From: Thermoprotei archaeon
GTDB taxonomy: Archaea > Thermoproteota > Thermoprotei > Gearchaeales > Gearchaeaceae
Reading direction: 5' to 3'
DNA length: 64,000 bases
Assembly: GCA_017857595.1 (NCBI GenBank)
Contig: JAFMCU010000002.1
Span: forward strand, 66,881-130,880
Shown here: piece by piece, positions 1-9,852 of the stretch
Position numbering within the stretch: the first letter of the stretch is position 1
Layout: the number at the start of each line of letters is the position of its first letter
The notes under the pieces: model-generated
Databases searched by the model: none
What the model was told of the DNA's origin: nothing
The model's input: the letters and a program-made list of their open reading frames with translations, nothing else
Position numbers and translations under genes: made by a program

Positions 1-404
1 TATTAGCGCAAGAAATAGAGCTAATAGGTAAATACGGTCTAAGAAATAAAAGAGAGTTGTGGAAGGCATATACAATTTTAAGAAGAATAAGGGCAAGAGC
101 GAGAAAACTATTAGGTTTAACAGCTTCTGAAAGAAGTATGGAAGAAGAGAAACTAATGAATTTATTGAGGCGATATGGCTTAATAGCTGATAGTGGAAAA
201 ATTGATGACATCTTAGCGCTTACTGTAGAAGATATATTAAAGAGAAGATTGCAAACTATTTTATTTGAAATGAAAATGGCTAATAGCTTATATCATGCTC
301 GGCAACTTATAGCGCATAGAAAGGTTATAGTGGGTGATAGGGTTGTTTCAAGTCCAAGTTATTTGGTAAAAAAAGACGAAGAAGAAAAAATTAAGATAAG
401 ATGA
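1..404 (+). CDS. rps4: 30S ribosomal protein S4 (uS4, archaeal S4P), 5' end outside window
   Basis: Frame 3 is open from the window edge ([37 protein letters not shown]...). C-terminal S4 RNA-binding domain present ([28 protein letters not shown]). ATGA overlap with the next gene. The TTG at 57 in the ORF track is internal. Confidence 0.9.
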   Translation, partial: LAQEIELIGKYGLRNKRELWKAYTILRRIRARARKLLGLTASERSMEEEKLMNLLRRYGLIADSGKIDDILALTVEDILKRRLQTILFEMKMANSLYHARQLIAHRKVIVGDRVVSSPSYLVKKDEEEKIKIR

Positions 405-796
405 GTGAAAAAAAAGGTCTTTGGGGTATAGCTCATATTTATTCATCGAGAAATAATACTTTAATTTATATCACAGACTTATCAGGGGCTCATTTAATTT
501 CTTGGGCATCAGCTGGCACTGTTGTTAAAGCAGATAGAGAGAAAAAAACTCCATACGCTGCTATGTTAGCAGCTTTTAAAGCAGCCCAAGCATGCATGGA
601 GAAAAATATCGTAGGCGTTCATATAAAGGTCAGAGCACCTGGTGGTCATTATCAAAAAACACCTGGCCCTGGAGCAAACGCTGCTATACGCGCACTTGCT
701 CGAGCAGGGTTAATGATTGGAAGAATTGAAGATGTAACACCTTTGCCTCATGATACAACTAGAAAGCCGGGCGGAAGAAGGGGAAGAAGGGTATAA
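401..796 (+). CDS. rps11: 30S ribosomal protein S11 (uS11)
   Basis: [21 protein letters not shown] ... [10 protein letters not shown] ... [16 protein letters not shown] ... [10 protein letters not shown] and a basic C-terminus GGRRGRRV. Follows rps4 as in the conserved archaeal cluster. Confidence 0.95.
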   Translation: MSEKKGLWGIAHIYSSRNNTLIYITDLSGAHLISWASAGTVVKADREKKTPYAAMLAAFKAAQACMEKNIVGVHIKVRAPGGHYQKTPGPGANAAIRALARAGLMIGRIEDVTPLPHDTTRKPGGRRGRRV

Positions 797-1286
797 AAAG
801 GTCGTATTAGGAGGAACATTTACTCAATTACATAAAGGTCATAAAATTCTCCTTCGCAAAGCATATGAAATCTCTAATAATATAAAAATCGGATTAGTAG
901 AAGATAGTGTGGTAAAAAATAAGATATTTTCTAACCTTATAGAATCCTTTGATTTAAGAAAAAAATCTATTATTAAATATTTTAAGAAGATTAAGAACGA
1001 TGAAGTTAATTTAGAAATAGTACCTATACAAGATCCTTATGGGCCTTCTATTGTAGATAAAAGTTTAACAGATATTGTAGTCACAGAAGAAACATTACCA
1101 AGAGCAGTTGAAATCAATATGATTAGGTTAAAAAAAGGGCTTCAACCTTTAAAGATACATACGATAGGCTTGATAAAAGCAAAGGATGGACGTTATATTC
1201 GGAGTTCAAGAATTCGTTGTGGTGAAATTGATAGAGAAGGAAATGTTTTAGCCGAGATTGTTAGAATAAATTACAAAAATGGCTGA
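750..1286 (+). CDS. coaD: Phosphopantetheine adenylyltransferase-like cytidylyltransferase (archaeal PPAT type)
   Basis: [18 protein letters not shown] carries the nucleotidyltransferase HxGH motif. Size about 160-178 aa. The only canonical start (ATG 750) overlaps rps11 by 47 nt, so the true start is uncertain. Confidence 0.7.
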   Translation: MIQLESRAEEGEEGYKKVVLGGTFTQLHKGHKILLRKAYEISNNIKIGLVEDSVVKNKIFSNLIESFDLRKKSIIKYFKKIKNDEVNLEIVPIQDPYGPSIVDKSLTDIVVTEETLPRAVEINMIRLKKGLQPLKIHTIGLIKAKDGRYIRSSRIRCGEIDREGNVLAEIVRINYKNG

Positions 1287-2772
1287 AGCTAAACCTAAAT
1301 TAACAAGATTAGATCTTGAGCTTCTAACTTTTCTTTTAGAACATGAGATGGATGTAGATGAATTATCTAGGCTCGCTAACATACCAATTACAACAGTTTT
1401 TTCCAAAATCGAAGAATTTAAACAGAAGGGTTGGATATCCTTACGTGAAGAGCACATATATAAAGTCAGATTGACCGAAGAAGGACTAAATTATGCAGAA
1501 CAAGGTTTACCTGAAAGTAGACTTGTAAATATTTTAAAAGAAAATAAAGAGCTTAAAATGGATGATTTAAAACGAATTTTTGATGAAAAGACATTAAAAA
1601 TAGCTTTAACAAATGGTTTCAAAAGAAAACTTATAATTTATCAAGATGGTTTCTTAAAACTCTCTAATAATATAGATCTAAGTTTGGATGCTTTACTAAA
1701 GGAAATATATGAAAAAAGAGAAATAGAGTTGAAAAGCATAGAGGAAGAAATTAAATATCTTTTGCATAGAAATTTAATTGAAATAAAGCCTTTAAAGAAA
1801 ATTTATGTAAGTTTAAATTCGAAATTAAAACATGATCTTCAAACAGGAAATTATACCATTGTTGAAGAAAAATCTAAGTTAACTAGTGAGGATATAATAA
1901 GCGGTAAATGGAAAGAATTAAAATTAAAACAGTATAATTTATCAGCATTACCGCCAAAAATATACTTTGGTCGTACCCATATTTATATGAAATTTCTTGA
2001 TGAAGTAAGAAAGATATTATTGGAAATGGGTTTTGAAGAAGAAGAGGGACCATATATATTGCCTGAGTTTTGGAATTTTGATGTGCTATTTGTGCCTCAA
2101 GATCATCCTGCAAGGGATATGCATGCTACCTTTCGAGTTAATCTATCTCCGGTGAATTTAGATGGCGAAATAGTAAAAAGGGTAAAAGAAATGCATGAAA
2201 ATGGCGGTATAAAAGACTCAATTGGTTGGAGATATAAATGGGAGAAAGATTTGGCAAGCAGATTAATATTACGTACGCATACAACAACAGTATCAATTAA
2301 TTATTTGTATAAAAATGGTAATAGAATAGCAAAAGTATTTTGTATTTCTAGAAACTTTAGATATGATCTACCAGACGCTACACATTCTCCTGAATTCTAT
2401 CAGTGCGAAGGAATCATGGTAGGCCCCAATTTAACTTTCAAAAATTTACTTGCTTTCTTTAAAGATTTTTCAGAAAGACTTGGAATAGAAAAAATTAAAT
2501 TCAGACCTACTTATTTTCCATTCACAGAACCAAGCGTTGAAGGAATAATTTATCATAAAAGTTTAGGATGGATTGAAGCATTACCTGGTGGAATGTTTCG
2601 ACCAGAAATATTAAACGCGATGAAAGTGGAATATCCAGTATTAGCATGGGGAATTGGAATTGATAGGTTAGCGATGGCTGTTTTAGAGATAGAAGATATA
2701 AGAGAATTATTTTCTCAAGATATATCATTTCTAAGGAATTATAAGATCTATAATGCCTACAGTAAGCTATAA
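1279..2772 (+). CDS. pheS: Phenylalanine--tRNA ligase alpha subunit (archaeal/eukaryotic type)
   Basis: Class II aaRS core motifs (FVPQDHPARDMHATF; LRTHTT; RNFRYD...HSPEFYQCEG; GIGIDRLAM). Long N-terminal winged-helix-like region typical of archaeal PheS. Confidence 0.95.
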   Translation: MAEAKPKLTRLDLELLTFLLEHEMDVDELSRLANIPITTVFSKIEEFKQKGWISLREEHIYKVRLTEEGLNYAEQGLPESRLVNILKENKELKMDDLKRIFDEKTLKIALTNGFKRKLIIYQDGFLKLSNNIDLSLDALLKEIYEKREIELKSIEEEIKYLLHRNLIEIKPLKKIYVSLNSKLKHDLQTGNYTIVEEKSKLTSEDIISGKWKELKLKQYNLSALPPKIYFGRTHIYMKFLDEVRKILLEMGFEEEEGPYILPEFWNFDVLFVPQDHPARDMHATFRVNLSPVNLDGEIVKRVKEMHENGGIKDSIGWRYKWEKDLASRLILRTHTTTVSINYLYKNGNRIAKVFCISRNFRYDLPDATHSPEFYQCEGIMVGPNLTFKNLLAFFKDFSERLGIEKIKFRPTYFPFTEPSVEGIIYHKSLGWIEALPGGMFRPEILNAMKVEYPVLAWGIGIDRLAMAVLEIEDIRELFSQDISFLRNYKIYNAYSKL

Positions 2773-4399
2773 CCTTGATGAAATTTATAAAAGCATTGGC
2801 AAGCAAATTTCATTGGAGGAACTAAATGAAGTCTTAGAATTTTGCAAATGTGAATTTAAACAGATTAAAGGCAGTGAAGTTATTTGTGAAATTACACCTG
2901 ATAGACCTGATTTATTTTCTACAGAAGGTTTAGTTCATTTTTTAAAAGGCATATTAGGGCTTGAAAAAGGTATCAAGAAAATTAAAGTTTTTAAAGAGAA
3001 TTTTAAAGTTGAAATATCTGATGAGCTTAAAAATATAAGGCCTTATGTAGTTATAGCTACAATTAGAGGAGTAAAGCTAGATGATGAATCTCTAAAAAGA
3101 ATTATAAATTATCAAGAGCTTCTGCATGAAAATTGGTGCAGGTCTAGGAAAAAAGCATCGATAGGATTATATGACCTATCAAAACTTCATGGTAACATAA
3201 AATTTGAGTTGAGGAAATTGGACGAAATTAAATTTAGACCTTTGGAAGAAAAAAGAGAGATGAGTGGATGGGAAATAATTAAAAACACAGAAAAGGGATT
3301 GAAATATAAAGACTTGATACTTCCTAATGCCGCACCAGTGCTTGTTGATTCAAAAGGTAATTATCTTAGCATGGCTCCCATTATTAACAGTGAAGATTGC
3401 AAAGTTACAAAAAATACAACCGATATATTAATAGATTCAACTGGATTTGACATAGATTTTATTAATTCAGTTGTTTCATTAATGATTCACACTATAACTT
3501 ATTATGGCGGAGAAGTTGGTATAGTTAAGCATCAAATAGGAGATCGAGAATATTACACAAGCTTATCTAATAAAGCATATCAGTTTTCGTTAAAAGATTT
3601 TGAAAAGGTAACTGGTTTGAATTTAACATGCAATCAAGTTATCGATTTTCTTGAAAAAGCACGTTATGGAACGAAAATTGAAGATGAACAAATTAAGGTA
3701 GAGGTACCTTTTTATAGGGTTGATATATTACATCCTATCGATATTATTGAAGACCTTGCTATAATTTATGGTTATAATAAAATTGAATTAGAATTACCAG
3801 TTTTGGTAACGAAGCCAAAAATTAGCAAAAAAACTATTATTCATAATCTAATAAGAGATATAATGAACGGTTTTGGTTTTCAAGAAATCTTAAATTATAT
3901 GTTATGTGATTTTGAAATACAAACGACAAAAGTTAATCTCGATCAAATAAGTTCAGAAATAATAACTATTCAAAATCCAATAAGCAAAGATTTCAATTGC
4001 ATAAGAGCTAATTTATTTCCATGCGTTTTACAATTCCTTTCAAAAAATACTTCAAAGCCTTATCCACAGAAAGTATATGAGATAGGTGATGTTATCAATT
4101 TATCTGAAGGAAAAATAATAACAAAAAATAAGCTTGCTGCATGTGTGATTGATAATATAGTTGATTTCGAGTTAATGCATGGCTATCTGTTTTCATTATT
4201 AGAAAATTTCAATTTCGATTTGACACTCTCTAATGCAAATTTACCATTTGGATTGGAGGAGAGAAGTGCTTACATTAATGTAAATAGTAAAACAATAGGT
4301 TGGATAGCGGAAATTAATCCTAATGTATTGCTTAATTTCTCTTTAAGAATGCCTGCGATAATTTTTGAATTAGATTTGACAAAAACATTTGATTTTTAA
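2753..4399 (+). CDS. pheT: Phenylalanine--tRNA ligase beta subunit
   Basis: Overlaps pheS by 20 nt. B3/4 and B5-like regions (ITPDRPDLFSTEGL; VPFYRVDILHPIDIIEDLAIIYGYN). Size typical of archaeal PheT. Confidence 0.9.
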   Translation: MPTVSYNLDEIYKSIGKQISLEELNEVLEFCKCEFKQIKGSEVICEITPDRPDLFSTEGLVHFLKGILGLEKGIKKIKVFKENFKVEISDELKNIRPYVVIATIRGVKLDDESLKRIINYQELLHENWCRSRKKASIGLYDLSKLHGNIKFELRKLDEIKFRPLEEKREMSGWEIIKNTEKGLKYKDLILPNAAPVLVDSKGNYLSMAPIINSEDCKVTKNTTDILIDSTGFDIDFINSVVSLMIHTITYYGGEVGIVKHQIGDREYYTSLSNKAYQFSLKDFEKVTGLNLTCNQVIDFLEKARYGTKIEDEQIKVEVPFYRVDILHPIDIIEDLAIIYGYNKIELELPVLVTKPKISKKTIIHNLIRDIMNGFGFQEILNYMLCDFEIQTTKVNLDQISSEIITIQNPISKDFNCIRANLFPCVLQFLSKNTSKPYPQKVYEIGDVINLSEGKIITKNKLAACVIDNIVDFELMHGYLFSLLENFNFDLTLSNANLPFGLEERSAYINVNSKTIGWIAEINPNVLLNFSLRMPAIIFELDLTKTFDF

Positions 4400-4423
4400 G
4401 CAGATTTAATAATAGAAATATTT

Positions 4424-4518
4424 GGGGGCGCATCCCTATAGAGAGAGCTGCAATGAACATGGGTTTTACCCATGATGTGTTGCAGTGTTGTTATTGGGGA
4501 TCAAAAAGCGCCCCCACA
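4424..4518 (+). ncRNA. Candidate H/ACA-like guide sRNA (GC-rich structured element ending in ACA)
   Basis: GC-rich island in an AT-rich spacer between pheT and dnaG. Perfect 8-bp closing stem GGGGGCGC (4424-4431) / GCGCCCCC (4508-4515), immediately followed by ACA (4516-4518). Inner helices AUCCC/GGGAU (4432-4436 with 4497-4501) and GCUGCAA/UUGCAGU (4447-4453 with 4480-4486), and an apical CAUGGG-UUUUA-CCCAUG hairpin. Internal loop UGAA/AUG(A)UG carries GA dinucleotides (possible K-turn). Two roughly 10-nt single-stranded pocket strands. Spacing from pocket to ACA is longer than the textbook 14-16 nt. Confidence 0.4.
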
Positions 4519-4575
4519 AAAAGCAAACTATTTTAAATTTGAGTTATAAGATATTAGTGTTATGAAGGTGATATT

Positions 4576-5739
4576 ATGGGAGGTCCTCCTGTAAATGTTA
4601 AATATATCATATTTGCTAGATTTGAAGTTGACGGTGTAGCTGAAAAATCAGATATAATAGGCGCTATATTCGGGCAAACAGAGGGATTATTAGGAGACGA
4701 ACTTGATCTTAGAGAACTTCAAAAAATTGGAAAATTGGGCAGAATAGATGTAGAATATGAAGTAAAAGGTGGAAAAACATTTGGTACTGTAATTGTTCCT
4801 ACAAATTTAGATAAACCTGAAGTTGCACTTATCGCAGCATCGCTGGAGGTAATAGATAAAGTAGGGCCAAACTCTGCTAAAATAGAAGTTAAAGAAATTA
4901 AAGACGCAAGGGAAGAAAAAAGAAAAAAAATTTTGGAAAGGGCTAAAGAATTATTATTAAAATGGAAAGAATCTAAAAATGTCGATTCTGAACAATTAAT
5001 TCAAGAACTACTAGAAAATTATAAATCTGCTCAAGTAATTAAATATGGACCAGAACAACTAGACGCCGGTCCAGAAGTGGAAAATTCTAGTGAAATTATT
5101 GTTGTTGAAGGTAGAGCTGATGTAATAAATATGTTAAAACATGGTTATAGGAACGTCATTGCATTAAACGGTTCTAAAGTCCCTCAAACAATAATTAATT
5201 TATCTAAAAATAAAAAAGTCACACTATTTGTAGATGGAGATAGAGCTGGAGATTTAATTATAAAAGAGGTAATAGGCGTTGCAAAAGTAGATTATATAGC
5301 TAGGGCTCCATTTGGCAAAGAAGTTGAAGAACTAAACAGTAAAGAAATTGCTAATGCATTATCTGATAAAATGCCAATCAATGAATATTTACAAAAGATA
5401 AAAATTGAAAAGAAAATAGAAAAATCTCAAGCTATAAATGATCTTGTTAGATCGATAATTGGAACAATGGAGGCTATGTTTTTGGATGAGAATCTAAACA
5501 TAATAGATAGATTTCCTTTAAAAGATATAATTGATAAGTTAAGTAAATCAGATAAAGTCTCTACTTTAATATTAGATGGTATAATAACACAAAGAGTATT
5601 AGATTTGGCAGCTGAAAAAGGAATAGGAAGTATATATGGATATAAAGTAGGAAATATTTCCTCAATTCCACCATCAATAAACATTTATTTATTTGATGAA
5701 CAAGGTATGATATCTAAATATGAAATTAAGTCTGGATAA
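4576..5739 (+). CDS. dnaG: Archaeal DnaG-type primase / exosome-associated Toprim protein
   Basis: N-terminus KYIIFARFEVDGVAEKSDIIGAIFGQTEGLLG is typical of archaeal DnaG. Toprim motifs IIVVEGRADVINMLKHGY and LFVDGDRAGDLI. Confidence 0.9.
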   Translation: MGGPPVNVKYIIFARFEVDGVAEKSDIIGAIFGQTEGLLGDELDLRELQKIGKLGRIDVEYEVKGGKTFGTVIVPTNLDKPEVALIAASLEVIDKVGPNSAKIEVKEIKDAREEKRKKILERAKELLLKWKESKNVDSEQLIQELLENYKSAQVIKYGPEQLDAGPEVENSSEIIVVEGRADVINMLKHGYRNVIALNGSKVPQTIINLSKNKKVTLFVDGDRAGDLIIKEVIGVAKVDYIARAPFGKEVEELNSKEIANALSDKMPINEYLQKIKIEKKIEKSQAINDLVRSIIGTMEAMFLDENLNIIDRFPLKDIIDKLSKSDKVSTLILDGIITQRVLDLAAEKGIGSIYGYKVGNISSIPPSINIYLFDEQGMISKYEIKSG

Positions 5740-6784
5740 AAAAGAAAACCTTGCAACAATCACTTTGCAGCATATTAACGATTTATTTTATTTGTATTTA
5801 TTAGTAGATAAAGAGGATGAAATTTTCGCATGGACATATAGACAAAAAAGAGTAACGAATCATGGGCAGCAGGTTAGAGGTGAAAGAGAAAAAGTTTATC
5901 TGGGAATCAAAGTAGAAAAAATTTATTTTCATCCTTTTACAGATAGCCTAAAAGTTGTAGGCATAGTATCATACAAACCTGAAGAATTGATATTAAGCGG
6001 TCATCACCATTCCTTTAATATTAAAGTAGGGGATACAATAAAATTAAAGAAATACGATTGGGATTCTATAATAACCAAAAGTATATTAAAGCGTATAAAA
6101 GAAGTTTATCCGACTACGCTTATTGTATCAGTAGAATATTTTAATATTGCAATTGGCATTTTAACCAATTTAGGACTTAAAATAATATATACCCAATTTG
6201 AAGATGTAAGTGGAAAGAGGCACTCTTTTGATCGTGAGAAAGCTTTGGATTTATTCATGACAAATTCATTAAAAGAAATAAAAAAAGCAATTGTGAGTCA
6301 TAATCCTGATTTAATTATACTATATGGACCTGGCATATTAAAAGATAAAGTGTATGATGAAATAAAAAAAGAAGCTAATAACATTTTTAAAATAGCAGGT
6401 TCTGTGGGCGGTGTTGAAGGATTATATGAATCTTTAAGAAATGAAAATGTATTGAAATTGCTTTCAAACTATACAGATTATGAAGACCTATTTATTCTAA
6501 CTTCAATTCAAAATAATCCAGAAAAAGTAGCAATTGGTATGGAAGAAGTTAAGAAAGCTGCATCGCTGGGCTCTATTGAAAAATTAGTAATCTCAACTGA
6601 ATACTTAAAATCATTAGAAAAAGATAAACTGGAAGAAATCAAAAAAATAGGTGAAGAAGTAGTTTCAAAAGGTGGCATAATAAATTTGGTATATGAAGAT
6701 ACAACATTTGGTGATTCTTTGCTAAGGCTAGGAAATATTGTAGCTATATTGAGATATCAACTTGAATTTTCTAAAATTTTGTAA
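5720..6784 (+). CDS. pelA: Pelota (mRNA surveillance / no-go decay factor, eRF1-like)
   Basis: Size 354 aa. N-terminal Sm-like region, then eRF1-like middle and C-terminal domains (LIILYGPG..K; IEKLVIS). Recognised by overall pattern. Confidence 0.8.
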   Translation: MKLSLDKKENLATITLQHINDLFYLYLLVDKEDEIFAWTYRQKRVTNHGQQVRGEREKVYLGIKVEKIYFHPFTDSLKVVGIVSYKPEELILSGHHHSFNIKVGDTIKLKKYDWDSIITKSILKRIKEVYPTTLIVSVEYFNIAIGILTNLGLKIIYTQFEDVSGKRHSFDREKALDLFMTNSLKEIKKAIVSHNPDLIILYGPGILKDKVYDEIKKEANNIFKIAGSVGGVEGLYESLRNENVLKLLSNYTDYEDLFILTSIQNNPEKVAIGMEEVKKAASLGSIEKLVISTEYLKSLEKDKLEEIKKIGEEVVSKGGIINLVYEDTTFGDSLLRLGNIVAILRYQLEFSKIL

Positions 6785-6786
6785 TT

Positions 6787-7962
6787 ATGGATATTTATAC
6801 CTTTTTACTTTCTATAACTATTATTTGGCTATTAATTTTTTCTTTATTAACTTTTTTAAAAAGAAGGAAAGGTGGTAAATTAAACAACATAATAGATGTT
6901 TATCCTTTTTTATTGTTAATAAAGACAAAATATTTCAATAATGCAATAGTAAATGCTGGAAAGAAGAAGAGTAAACTTTGGAATTTAATAGGAGAATTAT
7001 CCATAGTTTATGGATTGTCAGCGCTCTTTTATGCTGTTTTCTTTTTTATTAAAAATCTAATTGCTTTTTTATTTCCTTCTGAAGCTGGTACAGCGTCTAC
7101 TGTAATTCCTCTAATATTTGGTATAACTTTCAATCCGCCTTTGGATCAATTAATCATCATTCTAGCCGTGATCGTAATAGCTGTAGTGACACATGAACTA
7201 TTTCATGGATTAGTAGCGACAAGTTCTAATATAGATCTAAAGTCAACAGGTGCAGGCGTTGTTTATGTTATACCAATGGCTTTCGTTGAACTTGATGAAG
7301 CATCAATAGAAAAGGCTAATAGAAGAAATAAATTGAAAGTATATAGCGCTGGTTCGTTTATAAATCTGCTCGAAGGAATACTTTTTCTAATATTAATAAT
7401 CACTTTTCCACTTATTATAGCATGGGGGTTCTCAACTGCACCCAGTGGTGTTTTAGTTATTGCAACAGTTCCATCTTCACCTGCGGAAATTCATGGAATT
7501 CATCCTGGTGATGCTATAGTGGCAATAGATGGTCAAATAATTAACAATATAACTGCATTTACAAACTTTTTAAGTAAAACGAAACCAAATCAAACTGTAG
7601 TAATAACAATTGAAAGAGACCTAAGAGATTTCAATGTTACATTAACGTTAGCTAAAAACAATTATACAAAAACTGGTTTCATAGGAGTAAGTACATTAAA
7701 TTACTATAGACCATATTTTAGTTTTATTCCTTCAATCCTTCAATATTATATCTATATATTTCTAGCATGGGGTTCAGTTATCTGTTTAAGCTTGGCTGTT
7801 ATAAACATGTTGCCAATACCCATGCTAGACGGAGATAAATTTTTAGGAGAATTATTAGGAGGAATAAAGAATGGTAACTTAAGAAATGCTATTTGGAATA
7901 TTTCAAGGACAGCTTCATTCTTAATATTAATTATAAATATAGTTCTTAGTTTACATATGTAA
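6787..7962 (+). CDS. Site-2 protease family (M50) membrane metalloprotease with PDZ domain
   Basis: HELFHGLVA carries HExxH in a TM helix. Internal PDZ-like segment (GIHPGDAIVAIDGQIINN). Second metal-ligand motif NMLPIPMLDGDK. Multiple TM helices. Confidence 0.85.
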   Translation: MDIYTFLLSITIIWLLIFSLLTFLKRRKGGKLNNIIDVYPFLLLIKTKYFNNAIVNAGKKKSKLWNLIGELSIVYGLSALFYAVFFFIKNLIAFLFPSEAGTASTVIPLIFGITFNPPLDQLIIILAVIVIAVVTHELFHGLVATSSNIDLKSTGAGVVYVIPMAFVELDEASIEKANRRNKLKVYSAGSFINLLEGILFLILIITFPLIIAWGFSTAPSGVLVIATVPSSPAEIHGIHPGDAIVAIDGQIINNITAFTNFLSKTKPNQTVVITIERDLRDFNVTLTLAKNNYTKTGFIGVSTLNYYRPYFSFIPSILQYYIYIFLAWGSVICLSLAVINMLPIPMLDGDKFLGELLGGIKNGNLRNAIWNISRTASFLILIINIVLSLHM

Positions 7963-7964
7963 TT

Positions 7965-8891
7965 ATGAAATGTAACTATTGTAATAATGAGTCATTTTAT
8001 ACTCGTCACTATGCAGGCGAAAATGTTTGTAAATATCATTTCGTCCAAACTTTAGTAGATAAAGTCAAAAATACAATTGTTAAAAATAAACTTTTAAATT
8101 GGGATGATAAAATAATGTTTGCTGTATCAGGAGGTAAAGACAGTCTTACTGCTTTGCATATAGTTTCTCAAATAGAAAGAGATTTCCCAGATGTTAAAAT
8201 GTTTGCTGTAACTATAGACGAAGGAATAACAGGCTATACAGAAAAGAGAATTGAACATACAAGATACATATGTGAAAAAATCGGTATCGAATATAATGTT
8301 TTCAACTATAAAGAATACTATGGTTATAAACTAGAGGATATTGTAAAATTAGCTAAGGAAAAAGGTAGCAAACTCGAACCTTGTTCTTATTGTGGAGTAC
8401 TAAGAAGAAAATTGTTAAATATAGCTGCTAAAAAATTGGGGGCAACAAAAGTAGTTACAGGACATAATTTAGATGATGAAGCGCAAACATTTATTATGAA
8501 TCTTTTAAGAGGCGATATTGAGAGGATATATCGAGGTTTTGGACCTATTGAATTAAAAGAGGGTTTTGTACCTAGGGTAAAGCCATTGAGGTATGTTTAT
8601 GAAGAAGAAATTATGATTTATGCATACACAAATAATTTTCCATTGTTTGAAACTGAATGTAGATTTGTTAGCTTATCTATGAGGGACTCAATAAGAAAGT
8701 ATTTGAATGACTTAGAAAGAGCACATCCTGGAGCAAAATATATGCTTGTTACAACAGCAGAAAAAATAGCAAGAAGTATGGAGTTATCCTTTAAGGCAGA
8801 AAAAATAAAATATTGTATAAGCTGTGGAGAACCTACATCTCAAGATTTATGCAGAGCATGTAGATTGTTAGAAGATTTGAAAATAATATGA
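7965..8891 (+). CDS. PP-loop ATPase, tRNA 2-thiolation protein (TtuA/NcsA family)
   Basis: N-terminal Cys cluster (CNYCNNES...CKYHF), PP-loop SGGKDS, central CSYCGVLRR, C-terminal CISCGEPTSQDLCRAC. Confidence 0.8.
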   Translation: MKCNYCNNESFYTRHYAGENVCKYHFVQTLVDKVKNTIVKNKLLNWDDKIMFAVSGGKDSLTALHIVSQIERDFPDVKMFAVTIDEGITGYTEKRIEHTRYICEKIGIEYNVFNYKEYYGYKLEDIVKLAKEKGSKLEPCSYCGVLRRKLLNIAAKKLGATKVVTGHNLDDEAQTFIMNLLRGDIERIYRGFGPIELKEGFVPRVKPLRYVYEEEIMIYAYTNNFPLFETECRFVSLSMRDSIRKYLNDLERAHPGAKYMLVTTAEKIARSMELSFKAEKIKYCISCGEPTSQDLCRACRLLEDLKII

Positions 8892-9838
8892 AAGCTATAT
8901 TTACGCATAGAAAGGACTTAGACGGTATAGCTTGTGCAGCCATTTTTAAACGAGCATATAACGATGTAAAAATTTTTCTTTTGGATTATGGAGAAGAAGA
9001 AGCGTTACAAATGCTGAATCATATGGAAGAGATAGCTAAAAATGATGACAATAACTTATTTGTTATTTCAGATATCGGTATAAATAAGCCAGTAGCGAAT
9101 TTGTTGTATGAAGGTTTCAGAAAAATTATTTCTTCAACTTTAAAGATTTGCTGGTTCGATCATCATGTCTGGCCAGATGAGTTAAAAATTAAATTTAATG
9201 ATATAATAGAATTAAGTATAGAGACAGATAAATGCGCATCTGAAATAGTTGCAGATGAATTTTGTAAATCTGACGAAATATGCGAACTTCTCTCCTCAAT
9301 AGCAAGAGATTCTGATTTTAAATTGAATAAATACAAGATTACAGAATTATTGGATGATATAATAGCTTATTATAATTATACTCATGATTATGAAAAATTA
9401 AAAGATTTGGCATCTAAATTAGCACAAGGCATATTATGGGATGCAAATTCACAAAGAATTTGGGATAATTACATTTTAGAAAGGAATAAGGCAATAGAAG
9501 AACTGAAGAGAAATTATAAAAAATTATCGATAAACAGCAAAGTAGTTGCAATTTCAATTGTTAATGATATCATTCCTTCTTCTATGGCGGTAAATATTTT
9601 GTTAAAAGAAAGCAAATCTGATATAGCCATAGCTGTAAGAGAAAGAGGTACACTTACCATTATGAGGAATAAAGATTCTAATATTGAATGTAATAAAATA
9701 GCAGAATTTTTTGGGGGTGGAGGTCATCCGTTCATAGCTGGAGGTAAACTACCTAAAGATTTGGTTGAAAAACGCGATTATGATTTATGGATTAATTATA
9801 TAGCTGATATTTTAAAGAATTCCCTTAAATCTTCTTAA
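8888..9838 (+). CDS. DHH-family phosphoesterase (DHH + DHHA1-like)
   Basis: DLDGIACAAI, FDHHVWP (DHH motif) and GGGGHPFIAGG (DHHA1 GGGH motif). Confidence 0.75.
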   Translation: MKAIFTHRKDLDGIACAAIFKRAYNDVKIFLLDYGEEEALQMLNHMEEIAKNDDNNLFVISDIGINKPVANLLYEGFRKIISSTLKICWFDHHVWPDELKIKFNDIIELSIETDKCASEIVADEFCKSDEICELLSSIARDSDFKLNKYKITELLDDIIAYYNYTHDYEKLKDLASKLAQGILWDANSQRIWDNYILERNKAIEELKRNYKKLSINSKVVAISIVNDIIPSSMAVNILLKESKSDIAIAVRERGTLTIMRNKDSNIECNKIAEFFGGGGHPFIAGGKLPKDLVEKRDYDLWINYIADILKNSLKSS

Positions 9839-9852
9839 ATATATCATAAATT

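Noticed and set aside
4424-4518. Alternative readings of the GC-rich element: tRNA, C/D-box sRNA, or simple terminator hairpin
   Set aside because: No cloverleaf can be drawn. There is no RUGAUGA/CUGA pair at the termini on either strand. A multi-helix structure of about 95 nt is far larger than a terminator, and archaeal termination uses T-runs. H/ACA-like remains the best, though uncertain, fit.
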